DNA from: Alphaproteobacteria bacterium
GTDB taxonomy: Bacteria; Pseudomonadota; Alphaproteobacteria; UBA2966
NCBI GenBank assembly: GCA_964291395.2
Contig: OZ219856.1
Location: 704,001-768,000 of the forward strand
Length of the DNA stretch: 64,000 nucleotides
Direction of reading: 5' to 3'
This document shows, piece by piece, positions 9,197 to 18,887 of the stretch. The notes beneath the pieces were generated by a model that searched no databases, was not told where the DNA came from, and worked only from the letters and a program-made list of their open reading frames with translations. The position numbers and the translations under genes were made by a program. How positions within the stretch are numbered: the first letter of the stretch is position 1; each line of letters starts with the position of its first letter.

Positions 9197-10632
9197 GCGG
9201 AGACGCCGCGGCCGCGCTGCTCATCGACTTCGGCAGCACCTACACCAAACTTCGCGCGATCGACCTGGAGCGAGCCGAGATCATCGGTTCGGGCCAGGGA
9301 CCGTCGACGGTCACGACCGACATCACGGTCGGCATGGAGGCGGCGCTCGCGGACCTGGAAGGCCGCATCGGCGGCCTTCCCGATTTCACGTACCGGCTGG
9401 CGACGTCCAGCGCCGCGGGCGGCCTGCGCATGGTCACCGTGGGGCTGGTCAAGGAGCTGACGGCGGAAGCGGCGCGGGTTGCCGCGCTGGGCGCCGGCGC
9501 CAGGCTGATCGGCACGTACGCCTATCGGTTGACCGCCGGCGACATCGCCGGGATCGAGGGTCACAGTCCCGATATCATCCTGCTCGCCGGCGGCACCGAC
9601 GGCGGCAATGACGAAGTGATTCGGCACAATGCCCGGGTCCTCGCGGAGTGCGGCATCACCTGTCCCGTGGTCGTCGCAGGAAACCGGGAGGCGACGGACG
9701 ACATCTCCGCACGGCTGGACTCGGCGGGAAAGACGGCGGTTCCCACCGAGAACGTCATGCCGGAATTCAACGTGCTCAATATCGAGCCGGCGCGCGCCGC
9801 GATCCGCCGGATCTTCATAGATCGGATCGTCCACGCCAAGGGGATCGATCGGGCGGCGGAGATGTTCGACGAGATCCTCATGCCGACGCCGGAGGCGGTC
9901 ATGGAAGGCGCGCGTCTGCTCGCCGACGGCACCGGCGGGCAGAACGGTCTGGGGCCGCTGCTCGTGGTGGACATCGGGGGCGCGACGACGGACGTGCATT
10001 CGGTGGCGGCCGGGGAGCCGACCCTCGAGGGCGCGATTCAGCGAGGGCTGCCCGAGCCTTACGTCAAGCGCACCGTCGAGGGCGATCTCGGGATGCGCCA
10101 CAACGCTCTCTCCATCGTCGAGGCGGCGGGTCTGGACACCCTGGCCTCGGAAGCCAGGCTGACCGGGGATCGCTTCCGGGAAAATCTGGCAATGATTTCC
10201 GGCGACGTGGAACGGCTGCCGGAGACGGACGAGGAACGGGCGGTCGACCGGGCACTCGCGCGTGCCGCGACCCTCATCGCCGTGCGTCGCCACTCGGGCA
10301 GGACCGAGACCGTCTATACGGCCATGGGGCCGGCGGTCGCTCAACACGGAAAGGATTTGTCCGGCGTGGGGGCCGTCATCGGTACCGGCGGCGCGCTCGT
10401 ACACGGAAACGACCCCGCGGGAATCCTGGCCAAAGCGTGCGCCGATCCGAACGACCCGGAGTCGCTCCGTCCGCGTGCGCCCCGCCTGTATCTGGATCGG
10501 GAATATCTGTTATACGCCTGCGGCTTGCTCGGAACCGTGGAGCCGAAAGCCGCCTTGACCTTGGGCCTCGCCCATATGCATCCTGTCGCCGAGGAGGAAC
10601 ACGGGAATGGCCGAAGTTCTGCCGCCGGATAG
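9193..10632 (+). CDS. glmL: Glutamate mutase accessory/reactivating protein GlmL (MutL)
   Basis: [36 protein letters not shown] and [11 protein letters not shown] motifs; GTGA overlap with the S gene. Confidence 0.92.
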   Translation: MSGDAAAALLIDFGSTYTKLRAIDLERAEIIGSGQGPSTVTTDITVGMEAALADLEGRIGGLPDFTYRLATSSAAGGLRMVTVGLVKELTAEAARVAALGAGARLIGTYAYRLTAGDIAGIEGHSPDIILLAGGTDGGNDEVIRHNARVLAECGITCPVVVAGNREATDDISARLDSAGKTAVPTENVMPEFNVLNIEPARAAIRRIFIDRIVHAKGIDRAAEMFDEILMPTPEAVMEGARLLADGTGGQNGLGPLLVVDIGGATTDVHSVAAGEPTLEGAIQRGLPEPYVKRTVEGDLGMRHNALSIVEAAGLDTLASEARLTGDRFRENLAMISGDVERLPETDEERAVDRALARAATLIAVRRHSGRTETVYTAMGPAVAQHGKDLSGVGAVIGTGGALVHGNDPAGILAKACADPNDPESLRPRAPRLYLDREYLLYACGLLGTVEPKAALTLGLAHMHPVAEEEHGNGRSSAAG

Positions 10633-12115
10633 CGTTGCGTCGCCACTGTCCGAAATCCGGATTCCGGATGACGAATTCGCCAGGATGCGCAAGGAGAACC
10701 TGGCGCGCTGGCCGACGGGCGCGGGCGTCGATTTCGATGCCGCGGTCGACTACCACAAGAACCTGCCCATGCATAAACGGCTCGCCTGGGTGATGCGGCG
10801 GGCGGACGCGGAGGGCCGCACGCTTACCCAGCCGCGCGGCGGCTTCGGCACGCTGGAGATGCAGAGGGAACTGATGACCACCCTCGACCGGGAGGGCTTG
10901 GCCGACATCGTTCCGACCACGACGGACAGCTACACGCGAAACGAGCGCTGGGAACAGGCCCAGCACGGCATCGAGGAGTCGAAGCGCCTGGGGCGCTCGA
11001 TGCTGAACGGGTTCCCCATGGTGAACTACGGGGTCGAGGACACCCGGAAGCTGATCGAGGCGATCGACAAGCCCGCCGTCATGTTGACCGGCACCGCGAT
11101 GCCCAAACTGACCGGCGAAGTCGGCTACGCGGCCGGGTATTCGGGATATCTGGGATCAGCCATCGCCTACACGCTCTCCTACACCAAGGAGATCCCGATC
11201 GAGATCGGCATCCGCAACTACCAGTACCTCGACCGGCTGGCGTCGATGTACCTGGAGCACGGGGTCGAACTGCACCGCCGCCAACCGGGATTTCTCACCG
11301 GGACCAACATCCCGCCCTGTATCGCCATCGTCACGGCCGTGTTGGACGTGCTGCTGGCCGCGGCTCAGGGCGTTCGCAATTACGGCCTCGAGCTCGGTCA
11401 GACGTTGCACCTGATCCAGGACGCCGCCGCCATCCGGGTCTGCCGCGAGATGTGCCAGGAGTATCTGACCAGGAAGGGATACGAGGACGCGTTCACGCCG
11501 GTGACGTCGTTGCACTGGATGGGGGCCTGGCCGCACGACGACGCCCAGTCGGCGGCGATCGTCGCATATGGCGGCACGCTCGCGGCGGTGGGCGGCGCCA
11601 TCAGCGTCACCACGAAGAGTCTCCACGAGGCCTTCGGCATCCCGACACCGGAAGCAAACGCCGAAGGCCTGCGCGTCACCCGTATGGCCATCTACATGGC
11701 CCGCAGCATCAAGCTCGACGGTCTGCCCGAATACGAACGGGAGAAGGAAGTCATCCGCAAGGAGGTCCGCGCCGTCGTCGACAAGGTGTTGGAGATGGGT
11801 GACGGAGACGCGGCCGTCGGTACCGTACGAGCCTGCGAAGCCGGCGTGCTCGATATCCCGTGGTCCCCGAGCCGTTCGGTCAAGGGCCGCATCCTTCCGG
11901 CCCGCGATGCCGATGGATACCTGCGCATCTTGAACCCGGGTGACATGCCGTTTCCGAAGGAAGTCCTCGACTATCACGAGGAGCGCTTGCGCAAGCGCGC
12001 CGAGAAGGACGGCATGCCCTACGACCATGAGCTCGCAGTCTCGAGCGTCTACGAGATCTCCGAGCCGCTCCAGGCGCTGGCGCCGTTCCCCTATGTCCAG
12101 GAAGCGGCGGAATAG
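10607..12115 (+). CDS. glmE: Glutamate-mutase-like E subunit with altered substrate pocket
   Basis: WPTG, QPRGG, DSYTR, SMLNGFP, QYLDRL, WMG and HEAFGIPT are colinear with GlmE, but the QARHG and NEGG motifs are replaced by VMLTG and YLGS. Confidence 0.85.
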   Translation: MAEVLPPDSVASPLSEIRIPDDEFARMRKENLARWPTGAGVDFDAAVDYHKNLPMHKRLAWVMRRADAEGRTLTQPRGGFGTLEMQRELMTTLDREGLADIVPTTTDSYTRNERWEQAQHGIEESKRLGRSMLNGFPMVNYGVEDTRKLIEAIDKPAVMLTGTAMPKLTGEVGYAAGYSGYLGSAIAYTLSYTKEIPIEIGIRNYQYLDRLASMYLEHGVELHRRQPGFLTGTNIPPCIAIVTAVLDVLLAAAQGVRNYGLELGQTLHLIQDAAAIRVCREMCQEYLTRKGYEDAFTPVTSLHWMGAWPHDDAQSAAIVAYGGTLAAVGGAISVTTKSLHEAFGIPTPEANAEGLRVTRMAIYMARSIKLDGLPEYEREKEVIRKEVRAVVDKVLEMGDGDAAVGTVRACEAGVLDIPWSPSRSVKGRILPARDADGYLRILNPGDMPFPKEVLDYHEERLRKRAEKDGMPYDHELAVSSVYEISEPLQALAPFPYVQEAAE

Positions 12116-12142
12116 TCCGGGGCCTTTTCACGGGAGAATGGG

Positions 12143-12538
12143 ATGAAACGCATGCACGTCGGCCTCGTCGTCGAGGACGTGGCCGCCTCGGTGACGTTCT
12201 ACACGCGTCTCTTCGGCCAGCCGCCGAGCCTGGAAAAACCCGACTACGCCAAGTGGATGCTCGACGACCCGCGGGTCAACTTCTCGATCAACTCGCGCGG
12301 CAGTACGCCGGGCGACGTGCATCTCGGCATCCAGGCCGAGGACGAAGCCGAACTGGGCGAACTGCGCGAGCGCTGGACGGCGACCGGCTCGGAGACCCTG
12401 GACAGGAAGGCGCTCACGTGCGGCTATCAGACCCAGAACAAGACCTGGGTACGCGACCCCGAAGGCATGCGCTGGGAAGCCTTTCACACCTATGCGGTCA
12501 CCGACACGTTCGGCAAGAGCGAGTCGGAAGAGCGGTAA
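12143..12538 (+). CDS. VOC-family metalloenzyme (ArsI/CadI-like)
   Basis: MHVGLVV, DYAKWMLDDPRVNFSI, HLGIQ and WVRDPEGMRWEAF motifs; the CCY motif is CGY here. Confidence 0.85.
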   Translation: MKRMHVGLVVEDVAASVTFYTRLFGQPPSLEKPDYAKWMLDDPRVNFSINSRGSTPGDVHLGIQAEDEAELGELRERWTATGSETLDRKALTCGYQTQNKTWVRDPEGMRWEAFHTYAVTDTFGKSESEER

Positions 12539-12567
12539 CGGTTCCGCGCTGCAACTCGGCGCCCATG

Positions 12568-12777
12568 CGGAAGGGGAGTTGACCGGCCATGGCCGACAAG
12601 AAAACCGCGCTGGTTCTGGGTGGAACCGGCATGGTCGGACGGAACCTCGTCATGCTGCTCGACACCCTGGACGACTGGGAGGCGATCGCCGTTTCGCGCC
12701 GGGAACCCTATTTCGAAACCAAGGCGCGTCACATCTCCTGCGACATGACGGAGCCCGACGACTGCAGGGCCAAGCTG
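12568..12777 (+). repeat. 210-bp exact direct repeat, left copy (RBS plus first 63 codons of the SDR at 14238)
   Basis: Appears identical by eye to 14217-14426. Confidence 0.95.
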
Positions 12778-12795
12778 GGTGGGCAGCGCGCTTGA
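12589..12795 (+). pseudogene. Truncated duplicate of the PRISE-like SDR N-terminus
   Basis: MADKKTALVLGGTGMVG...CRAKL, then diverges and stops. Confidence 0.9.
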
Positions 12796-13136
12796 GGTAT
12801 TCACCTACGCCGTGTTCGGCCCACATTTGGTCCTTTACGCGGTGTTCGGCGTTGCTTGCTGCTCAGCCCGATCGTGTTCTGGAGAAACGCCCCTCCTATC
12901 GACCGTATTTGGTCCGGTCCCGGCTTCTGCCTGATCGTGTCACACATGGCCTTGAAGGCTTTACAACGACCTTAAATCAGGCAATTCCGATTATTATTGC
13001 CATAATCTCAACCGCTTGATCGGGCTTCAAATTTCATAAAGTATCGTCAAGTTGTTTCATGCAATTCCATCACGGATTGTGGTGGTGTCGCGCTCCCTTC
13101 GTGGGCGAAACCCGGGAAGGGGGGAAGGGGTGCGAG

Positions 13137-13451
13137 ATGGCCAAGCATATCCGGTGCTACGCCGAGGGCAGAGGTGATGAATGGACCGCGATCTGTCTGA
13201 ACTTCGATATCGCGGTGCAAGGACATTCGTTCGAGGACGTGAAGGAATGCCTTGAGGGCGCAATCGATCTGTTCCTCGAAGGCGTAGCGGAGCTTCCCGC
13301 TAAAGACCGGAACCGTCTCCTGCGTAGATCGGCACCTGTGTCCATGCTGAAGTATTTGCGAGCCGTGGTCTGGTCGTGGATCTTCGGCGACTCGGAGGAT
13401 GGGGAGCAACACCAGCATCACTACACGATGCCGTTTGCCGGCACAGCCTGA
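13137..13451 (+). CDS. HicB-like antitoxin
   Basis: WTAICLNFDIAVQGHSFEDVKECLEGAIDLFLE fits the HicB partial RNase H fold pattern. Confidence 0.7.
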   Translation: MAKHIRCYAEGRGDEWTAICLNFDIAVQGHSFEDVKECLEGAIDLFLEGVAELPAKDRNRLLRRSAPVSMLKYLRAVVWSWIFGDSEDGEQHQHHYTMPFAGTA

Positions 13452-13457
13452 CCGGCT

Positions 13458-13668
13458 TTAGTCGAAATAAGACTTCGGGAGACCCCTGGCGGATGATCGA
13501 GGGAGTGGCGGGGTGTATATCGTCGCTTTCGCGCGAACAAGCGATAGTCACGAGCCGGACCTTACCGTTGACCACACCACGATAGTTTCTATGGCTTCCC
13601 TTCTGGCGTTTCAACTCGAAACCGTTCCGAAGCAGGACGCGAACGATGTCTCGGAATTTCTTCGTCAT
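13458..13668 (-). pseudogene. hicA: HicA toxin with C-terminal frameshift
   Basis: FRDIVRVLLRNGFELKRQKGSH (GSH motif). The expected ending GLPKSYFD* lies in another frame and stops at TAA 13458. Confidence 0.75.
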
Positions 13669-14216
13669 CTGAATGTGGTCGGCGTGCTCACGGAGTCACC
13701 TTGCTCGCACCGAACATGACGCGCACCGCGATTCTGCGCGTCTCTGGCTTTCATCAATCAAATGTAGACAAATCAATATGTTGTCATAATCATCCACAGG
13801 TCGGTTCGATTTGTAACTGGATCTTCCCACAAGATTTTGTGTCGACACGACACTTATTTTCCATATTTTGAGGGTGCGCCACTGCTTTGTGCGACTGTGA
13901 GAACGTAGGACGAACACGCCGCCGTACATACGCTGCGTCGATCGACTCGTCCGTCACGTCGTCGAGAACGGCCGTCATCGGTCTCGCCCCGGTCGATGGA
14001 TGCCAGCGGTCCATTTACGCGGGTGTACCAGCGGGTCGAAACGCGAGCTCGGCTTCGGGCGCATCCCGACGGTCGGGGTCACGGCGCGACAAGAGCGCGC
14101 GCGGATGCGATTCGGGACCCTCCCGCCCTGTCGGGCGGAGGAACGCAAGTCGGGAGGATGTCGATAGAAAGCGGAATCGGCGTGCCTGTGATATAAGCCG
14201 GCCGTGTCGTACCGTT

Positions 14217-14426
14217 CGGAAGGGGAGTTGACCGGCCATGGCCGACAAGAAAACCGCGCTGGTTCTGGGTGGAACCGGCATGGTCGGACGGAACCTCGTC
14301 ATGCTGCTCGACACCCTGGACGACTGGGAGGCGATCGCCGTTTCGCGCCGGGAACCCTATTTCGAAACCAAGGCGCGTCACATCTCCTGCGACATGACGG
14401 AGCCCGACGACTGCAGGGCCAAGCTG
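14217..14426 (+). repeat. 210-bp exact direct repeat, right copy
   Basis: Appears identical by eye to 12568-12777. Confidence 0.95.
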
Positions 14427-15290
14427 TCGGGCATCGGCGACGTTACCCATGTCTTCTTCTGCGGGCACGCCACCGGTATCCGGTGGGCGGAGAAAGCGCC
14501 CGAGGATACCGACCTCTTCCGCAATTCGATGGATGCCGCGCTGCCCAACCTCCCCAATTTGCGGCACGTCTGCCTGATGCAGGGATCGAAGTACTACGGG
14601 CGGCATCTCGGGCCGTTCAAGACGCCGGCGCGGGAAGAAGACCCGCGTCACATGCCGCCCAATTTCTACTACACGCAGCAGGACCGCCTGATGGAGCTCT
14701 CGGAGGGGCAGTCATGGGGCTGGTCGTGCGCGCGACCTCACATCGTCACCGGATACGCGCGCACGGACCTCAATCTGACGAAGCCGATCGCGGTCTACGC
14801 GACGGTCTCCAGGGAGCTCGGCCTGCCGCTTCGCTATCCCGGCAACGAAGCCGCTTACCGGGCCCTTCACTGCGCCTCGGACGTCGAGCTTCTGGCCCGC
14901 GCGATGGTGTGGATGTCGACCACGCCGGAATGCGCCGGAGAAGCCTTCAACGTGGTCAACGGCGACTATTTCCGCTGGGAGAACGTGTGGCCGAAGATCG
15001 CCGACTATTTCGGGATGGAGTGCGGCCCCGTCCAGGAGATCGATCTCGAACAGATGATGTCGGACAAGGAACCGCTGTGGAACGAGATCGTCAAGAAGCA
15101 CGGCTTGGTGGAGACGCCATGGGCGGAAGCGGCCCATTGGGGGTATGCCGACTACGCCTTCGCGCCCTCCTGGGACGTGATGCTCGATTCCCTGAAACTC
15201 CGGAAGTTCGGGTTCCACGACTACGTGGACAGCGAGGAGATGTTCATCCGCATCTTCGACAACTTCCGGCGCGACAGGTTCATTCCGTAA
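14238..15290 (+). CDS. Atypical SDR, PRISE (progesterone 5-beta-reductase/iridoid synthase-like) family
   Basis: GGTGMVG, QGSKYYG, PNFYYTQQD, WSCARP and AFNVVNGDYFRW motifs. Confidence 0.85.
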   Translation: MADKKTALVLGGTGMVGRNLVMLLDTLDDWEAIAVSRREPYFETKARHISCDMTEPDDCRAKLSGIGDVTHVFFCGHATGIRWAEKAPEDTDLFRNSMDAALPNLPNLRHVCLMQGSKYYGRHLGPFKTPAREEDPRHMPPNFYYTQQDRLMELSEGQSWGWSCARPHIVTGYARTDLNLTKPIAVYATVSRELGLPLRYPGNEAAYRALHCASDVELLARAMVWMSTTPECAGEAFNVVNGDYFRWENVWPKIADYFGMECGPVQEIDLEQMMSDKEPLWNEIVKKHGLVETPWAEAAHWGYADYAFAPSWDVMLDSLKLRKFGFHDYVDSEEMFIRIFDNFRRDRFIP

Positions 15291-15307
15291 ACGGCGCGGG
15301 GCCGGCC

Positions 15308-15847
15308 GTGGCGCGAGAGTCCGACAACGGGGGCGAGGGGCAGGCGCTCAGCTATACCGACGTTCTCGATATTCTCGAGATCGTCGACGGCGTCGGCGAG
15401 GGCTGCGAGCTGACCGTCGACGTGGGCGACTTTCATCTGCATTTCGTGAAGGATGCCGCAGGCGGGGCGTCGGCAAGTCCGGAACCGGCGCCCGGGCCCG
15501 AACCTGCGGTTCCCGGACCGCGGGCCGCCGAAACGGAGGAACCGGCACCCACGGAGGCGTCCGAAACGGAGGCCTTTTCGGCCGACGAGCCGGCGGACCC
15601 CAATCTGTTCGAAGTCGAGTCGCCGATGGTCGGGACATTCTATCGTCGTCCGGCTCCGGACCGGCCGCCGTTCGTCGAAATCGGCCAGGACGTGGGACCC
15701 GACGACGCGGTCTGCCTCGTCGAGGTGATGAAACTGTTCAATACCATCGTGGCCGGCCAGGCCGGACGCATCGCCGAAATCTGCGTCGAGGATGCCACGC
15801 CCGTCGCGGTGGGACAGGTCCTCGTCCGCATCGATCCCGCGGACTGA
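15308..15847 (+). CDS. Biotin carboxyl carrier protein
   Basis: SPMVGTFYRRP, CLVEVMKLFN (biotinylated Lys) and an Ala/Pro linker; GTG start inferred. Confidence 0.88.
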   Translation: MARESDNGGEGQALSYTDVLDILEIVDGVGEGCELTVDVGDFHLHFVKDAAGGASASPEPAPGPEPAVPGPRAAETEEPAPTEASETEAFSADEPADPNLFEVESPMVGTFYRRPAPDRPPFVEIGQDVGPDDAVCLVEVMKLFNTIVAGQAGRIAEICVEDATPVAVGQVLVRIDPAD

Positions 15848-15869
15848 CCCGGCCGTACCGTATCCTCCC

Positions 15870-17339
15870 GTGAGCCGCGAGATCCCCATCGTCGAAGAAG
15901 CCCTGCGGGATGCCCACCAGTGCCTGTGGTCGACCCGCATGACCAACGAGATGATGCTGCCCATCGTCGAGCGCATGGACGCGGTGGGCTACGACGCGAT
16001 GGACCTGATCGGCGGTGCGGTCTGGGATGTTTCGATCCGCTTTCTGCTGGAGGACCCGTGGGAGCGGATCCGGCACGTTCGCAGGCTCGTGACCAGAACA
16101 CCCCTGAATGCCTGGGTCCGCGGTCAGAGTCTGTGGACCTTCGAGGTCTTTCCGGACGAGGTGGTCGAGCTCGCCATGGAGCGACTGGCGGCGAACGGCA
16201 TTCGGCGGGCCACGATCTACGACCACATCAACGACATGGAGGGTCTCCACGTCGTCGTCGGCAAAGCGGTCGAAGTCGGGCTCGAGGTGTCGGGCGCCCT
16301 GGTCTTCACCTTGAGCCCGGTCCATACGGACGGGCATTTCGCCGAGCGCGCGGCCCAATTCGTCCGGATGGGTGCGACCGAGGTCGTCGTCAAGGACCCG
16401 AGCGGTCTTCTGTCGGTCGAGCGCATCCGAACCCTGGCACCGGCCCTCAAGAAGGCCATCGGTGACGCTGCGCTCAACCTGCACACCCACTGCATGACCG
16501 GCCGCGCCCCCGATGTCCTGCTCGAGTCCGTCGACTACGGGATGGACAAGCTGCACTGCGCGATCTCGCCGCTGGCGCACGGCGCGTCTCATTCGCCCAC
16601 GGAATGGATCGCCGAGAAGCTGGTCGGGAAGGGGTACTCGACACGGCTGGACGCGGAACTTCTCGGCGAGATCGCGGACTATTTCCATTTCGTCGCGCGC
16701 CGCTGGGACAAGCCGGTCGGCGAGCCCGTGCCGTTCGACCCGCGCGTGCTGGAGCACCAGATGCCCGGCGGCATGATCTCCAACCTCGCGAGTCAGCTCG
16801 CGACGGTCGGACTGGAACGCCGCCTGGACGAAGTCCTCGACGAGATGGGCCGGGTGCGCAAGGAACTCGGTTACCTGCCGATCGTCAGCCCTTCGGCCCA
16901 GTTCATCGCCACCCAGTCGGTCCTCAACCTGGTGCAGGGGGAGCGCTACAAGACCATTCCCGACGAGCTGCGGAAGTACATTCTCGGCTACTACGGCCGT
17001 CCGCCGGCGCCGGTCGACCAGAACCTCGTCGACCGCGTGGCCAGGAAGAGCTCCGACGTCGTCACCGGGCCCAGCGGCTCTCACGTTCCCCCGGTGCTCG
17101 ACAAGATCCGCAAGGAGCGGGGTCCCTTCGAGTCGGACGATGACCTGCTGCTCGCCGCGATGTATCCGGACGAGATCATCCGCCCTCTGTTCGAAGCGCG
17201 CGACAAGGCCGACTATTCCGCGTTCTACCGCGCCGACACGCCGGCCGACTACCTCCTGAAGGAGGTCAGGGCCCGTCCAGGGCTGCGGAGCTTCGAGCTC
17301 TCCACGGGGGCCGGTTTCGACGTCGTCTATAGTCACTGA
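15870..17339 (+). CDS. Pyruvate carboxylase subunit B/OadA-type carboxyltransferase (no biotinyl domain)
   Basis: LRDAHQ, EDPWER, KDPSG, HTH, HQMPGGMISNL and IVSPSAQ motifs. Confidence 0.88.
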   Translation: MSREIPIVEEALRDAHQCLWSTRMTNEMMLPIVERMDAVGYDAMDLIGGAVWDVSIRFLLEDPWERIRHVRRLVTRTPLNAWVRGQSLWTFEVFPDEVVELAMERLAANGIRRATIYDHINDMEGLHVVVGKAVEVGLEVSGALVFTLSPVHTDGHFAERAAQFVRMGATEVVVKDPSGLLSVERIRTLAPALKKAIGDAALNLHTHCMTGRAPDVLLESVDYGMDKLHCAISPLAHGASHSPTEWIAEKLVGKGYSTRLDAELLGEIADYFHFVARRWDKPVGEPVPFDPRVLEHQMPGGMISNLASQLATVGLERRLDEVLDEMGRVRKELGYLPIVSPSAQFIATQSVLNLVQGERYKTIPDELRKYILGYYGRPPAPVDQNLVDRVARKSSDVVTGPSGSHVPPVLDKIRKERGPFESDDDLLLAAMYPDEIIRPLFEARDKADYSAFYRADTPADYLLKEVRARPGLRSFELSTGAGFDVVYSH

Positions 17340-17374
17340 CGATCCGGCGCCACTGACAGGAAAGGAGCTTCGTC

Positions 17375-18175
17375 ATGAACCGTGTCGACGGAAAAGTCGC
17401 CATCGTCACGGGGGCCGGCAAGGGCATCGGCCGTGCGACGGCGGAACTGTTGGCCGAATGCGGTGCCAAGGTCCTGGCGACCGACGTCCTCGATGCCGAA
17501 GTCGAGGAAACGGTCGAGCGGATCAGGGCGCGGGGCGGGGAGGCCCGGGGCCTTCGTCACGACGTCACGAACGAGGACGATTGGACCGCAGCCGTCGATG
17601 CGGCCGTGAACGGTCTCGGCGGCTTCGAGGTGCTGGTCAACAACGCCGGCGCGTTTCTCCAAAAATCCATCGAGGAGACTACCTTCGAGGAGTACGACCA
17701 CATCATGCGGGTCAACGTCTGGGGGTTGATGCTCGGCACCAGGTTCGCCATGAGCTCGATGAAGGAGCGCATTTCGGCGGACGGTCCGGCGGGCGCGATC
17801 GTCAACCTGGTATCGACGGCCTCGATCAAGGGCTCACCCTTCGGCTCCGCCTACGCGACGTCGAAGGGGGCCGTCCGGGTGTTCACGAGGTGCGCGGCCC
17901 GGGAGATCGCGGCGCTCGGCTACAACATCCGCGTCAACGGCATCTACCCCGGGATCATCGATACGGAGATGGGCGCCGCCGCCATGAAGCGGGCCGCCGA
18001 CGCCGCCGGCGAAGGCGCGAACCGGGCGCGCGAGATCGGGGCGAAACTTCACCTCATCGAGCGCTTGGGCACGGTGGAAGACATCGCCAAGGGCATCGTC
18101 TTCCTCGCGTCCGAGGACGCCTCCTTCATCACCGGGACCGAATTCGTCGTCGATGGGGGCTTCTTGCTCAAGTGA
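17375..18175 (+). CDS. Classical SDR oxidoreductase
   Basis: TGAGKGIG, NNAG, YATSK and VDGG motifs. Confidence 0.9.
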   Translation: MNRVDGKVAIVTGAGKGIGRATAELLAECGAKVLATDVLDAEVEETVERIRARGGEARGLRHDVTNEDDWTAAVDAAVNGLGGFEVLVNNAGAFLQKSIEETTFEEYDHIMRVNVWGLMLGTRFAMSSMKERISADGPAGAIVNLVSTASIKGSPFGSAYATSKGAVRVFTRCAAREIAALGYNIRVNGIYPGIIDTEMGAAAMKRAADAAGEGANRAREIGAKLHLIERLGTVEDIAKGIVFLASEDASFITGTEFVVDGGFLLK

Positions 18176-18210
18176 ATGACGGGGGCCGGGTCCGAACCCC
18201 ATTCCTCGCC

Positions 18211-18637
18211 AAACTTGTCGGAGGCCATGAGTTGTCAGGGGACAGGTCAGCCGAGAGATGATCAACCCTGCGCGACGGTCGCAGGTGTGGCATGGAAAAA
18301 GGCAAGCCTCAAAGCAGGAAACTGAAAACTGTAACGACCGATTATCGGCAAGCGTTGCCGCGGGATCTCTCTTCGGTCTACTGCAGGAACGTCAACATGG
18401 ATTAGCGATTTTGCTTTTATCAATCGTGGCGAATAATGCGACTTTGTGGTCATGTATGCATCTGCCGCACCGCGCGCGCGCGACGTCATCGATCTGGTCA
18501 GCCTCTCGAAGCGGCATCATTCACCCGTCCGAGCGCGATCGGCTCCTTGCTGTCTCGGCGGCTGTGCGCCAGGCGCTCGAGCCGCCTTGCGGCCGGACAT
18601 CGCTAGCCCCGCGCGCATGTTCTACGTCATCGTGCCG
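18211..18637 (+). repeat. Degenerate indel-rich tandem copy of about 18642-19080 (abiEi upstream region and 5-prime end)
   Basis: Shared blocks GGCCATGAGTT, ACAGGTCAG, GATTTTGCTTTTAT, GAATAATGCGACTTTGT, TCATGTATGCATCTGCCGCACCGCGCGCGCG and TTCTACGTCATCGTGCCG occur in the same order. Confidence 0.85.
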
Positions 18638-18887
18638 ACACGAACTTGCTTCGGGGCCATGAGTTCATAGGCGGCACAGGTCAGTCGGGTCGAGAGATGG
18701 ACAACCCTGCGGAGGGTCCGCAGGCGTGCATGGAAGGGGGAAAGGCAGCGGAGAAAGCACCGGAACCGAAGATTGTCGACCGATATCTCGAGTTGCCATG
18801 CGGGAGCTTCGGTCTACGGCAGGACCGCGCAGATTACGATTTTGCTTTTATAACGTGACGAATAATGCGACTTTGTCAGTGTCATGT

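Noticed and set aside
12796-12945. Short recurring motifs (TACGC.GTGTTCGGC twice, GATCGTGT twice, ATTTGGTCC twice) suggesting a degenerate array
   Set aside because: Irregular spacing and too short; it lies in probably noisy sequence, so a CRISPR or other array cannot be supported.
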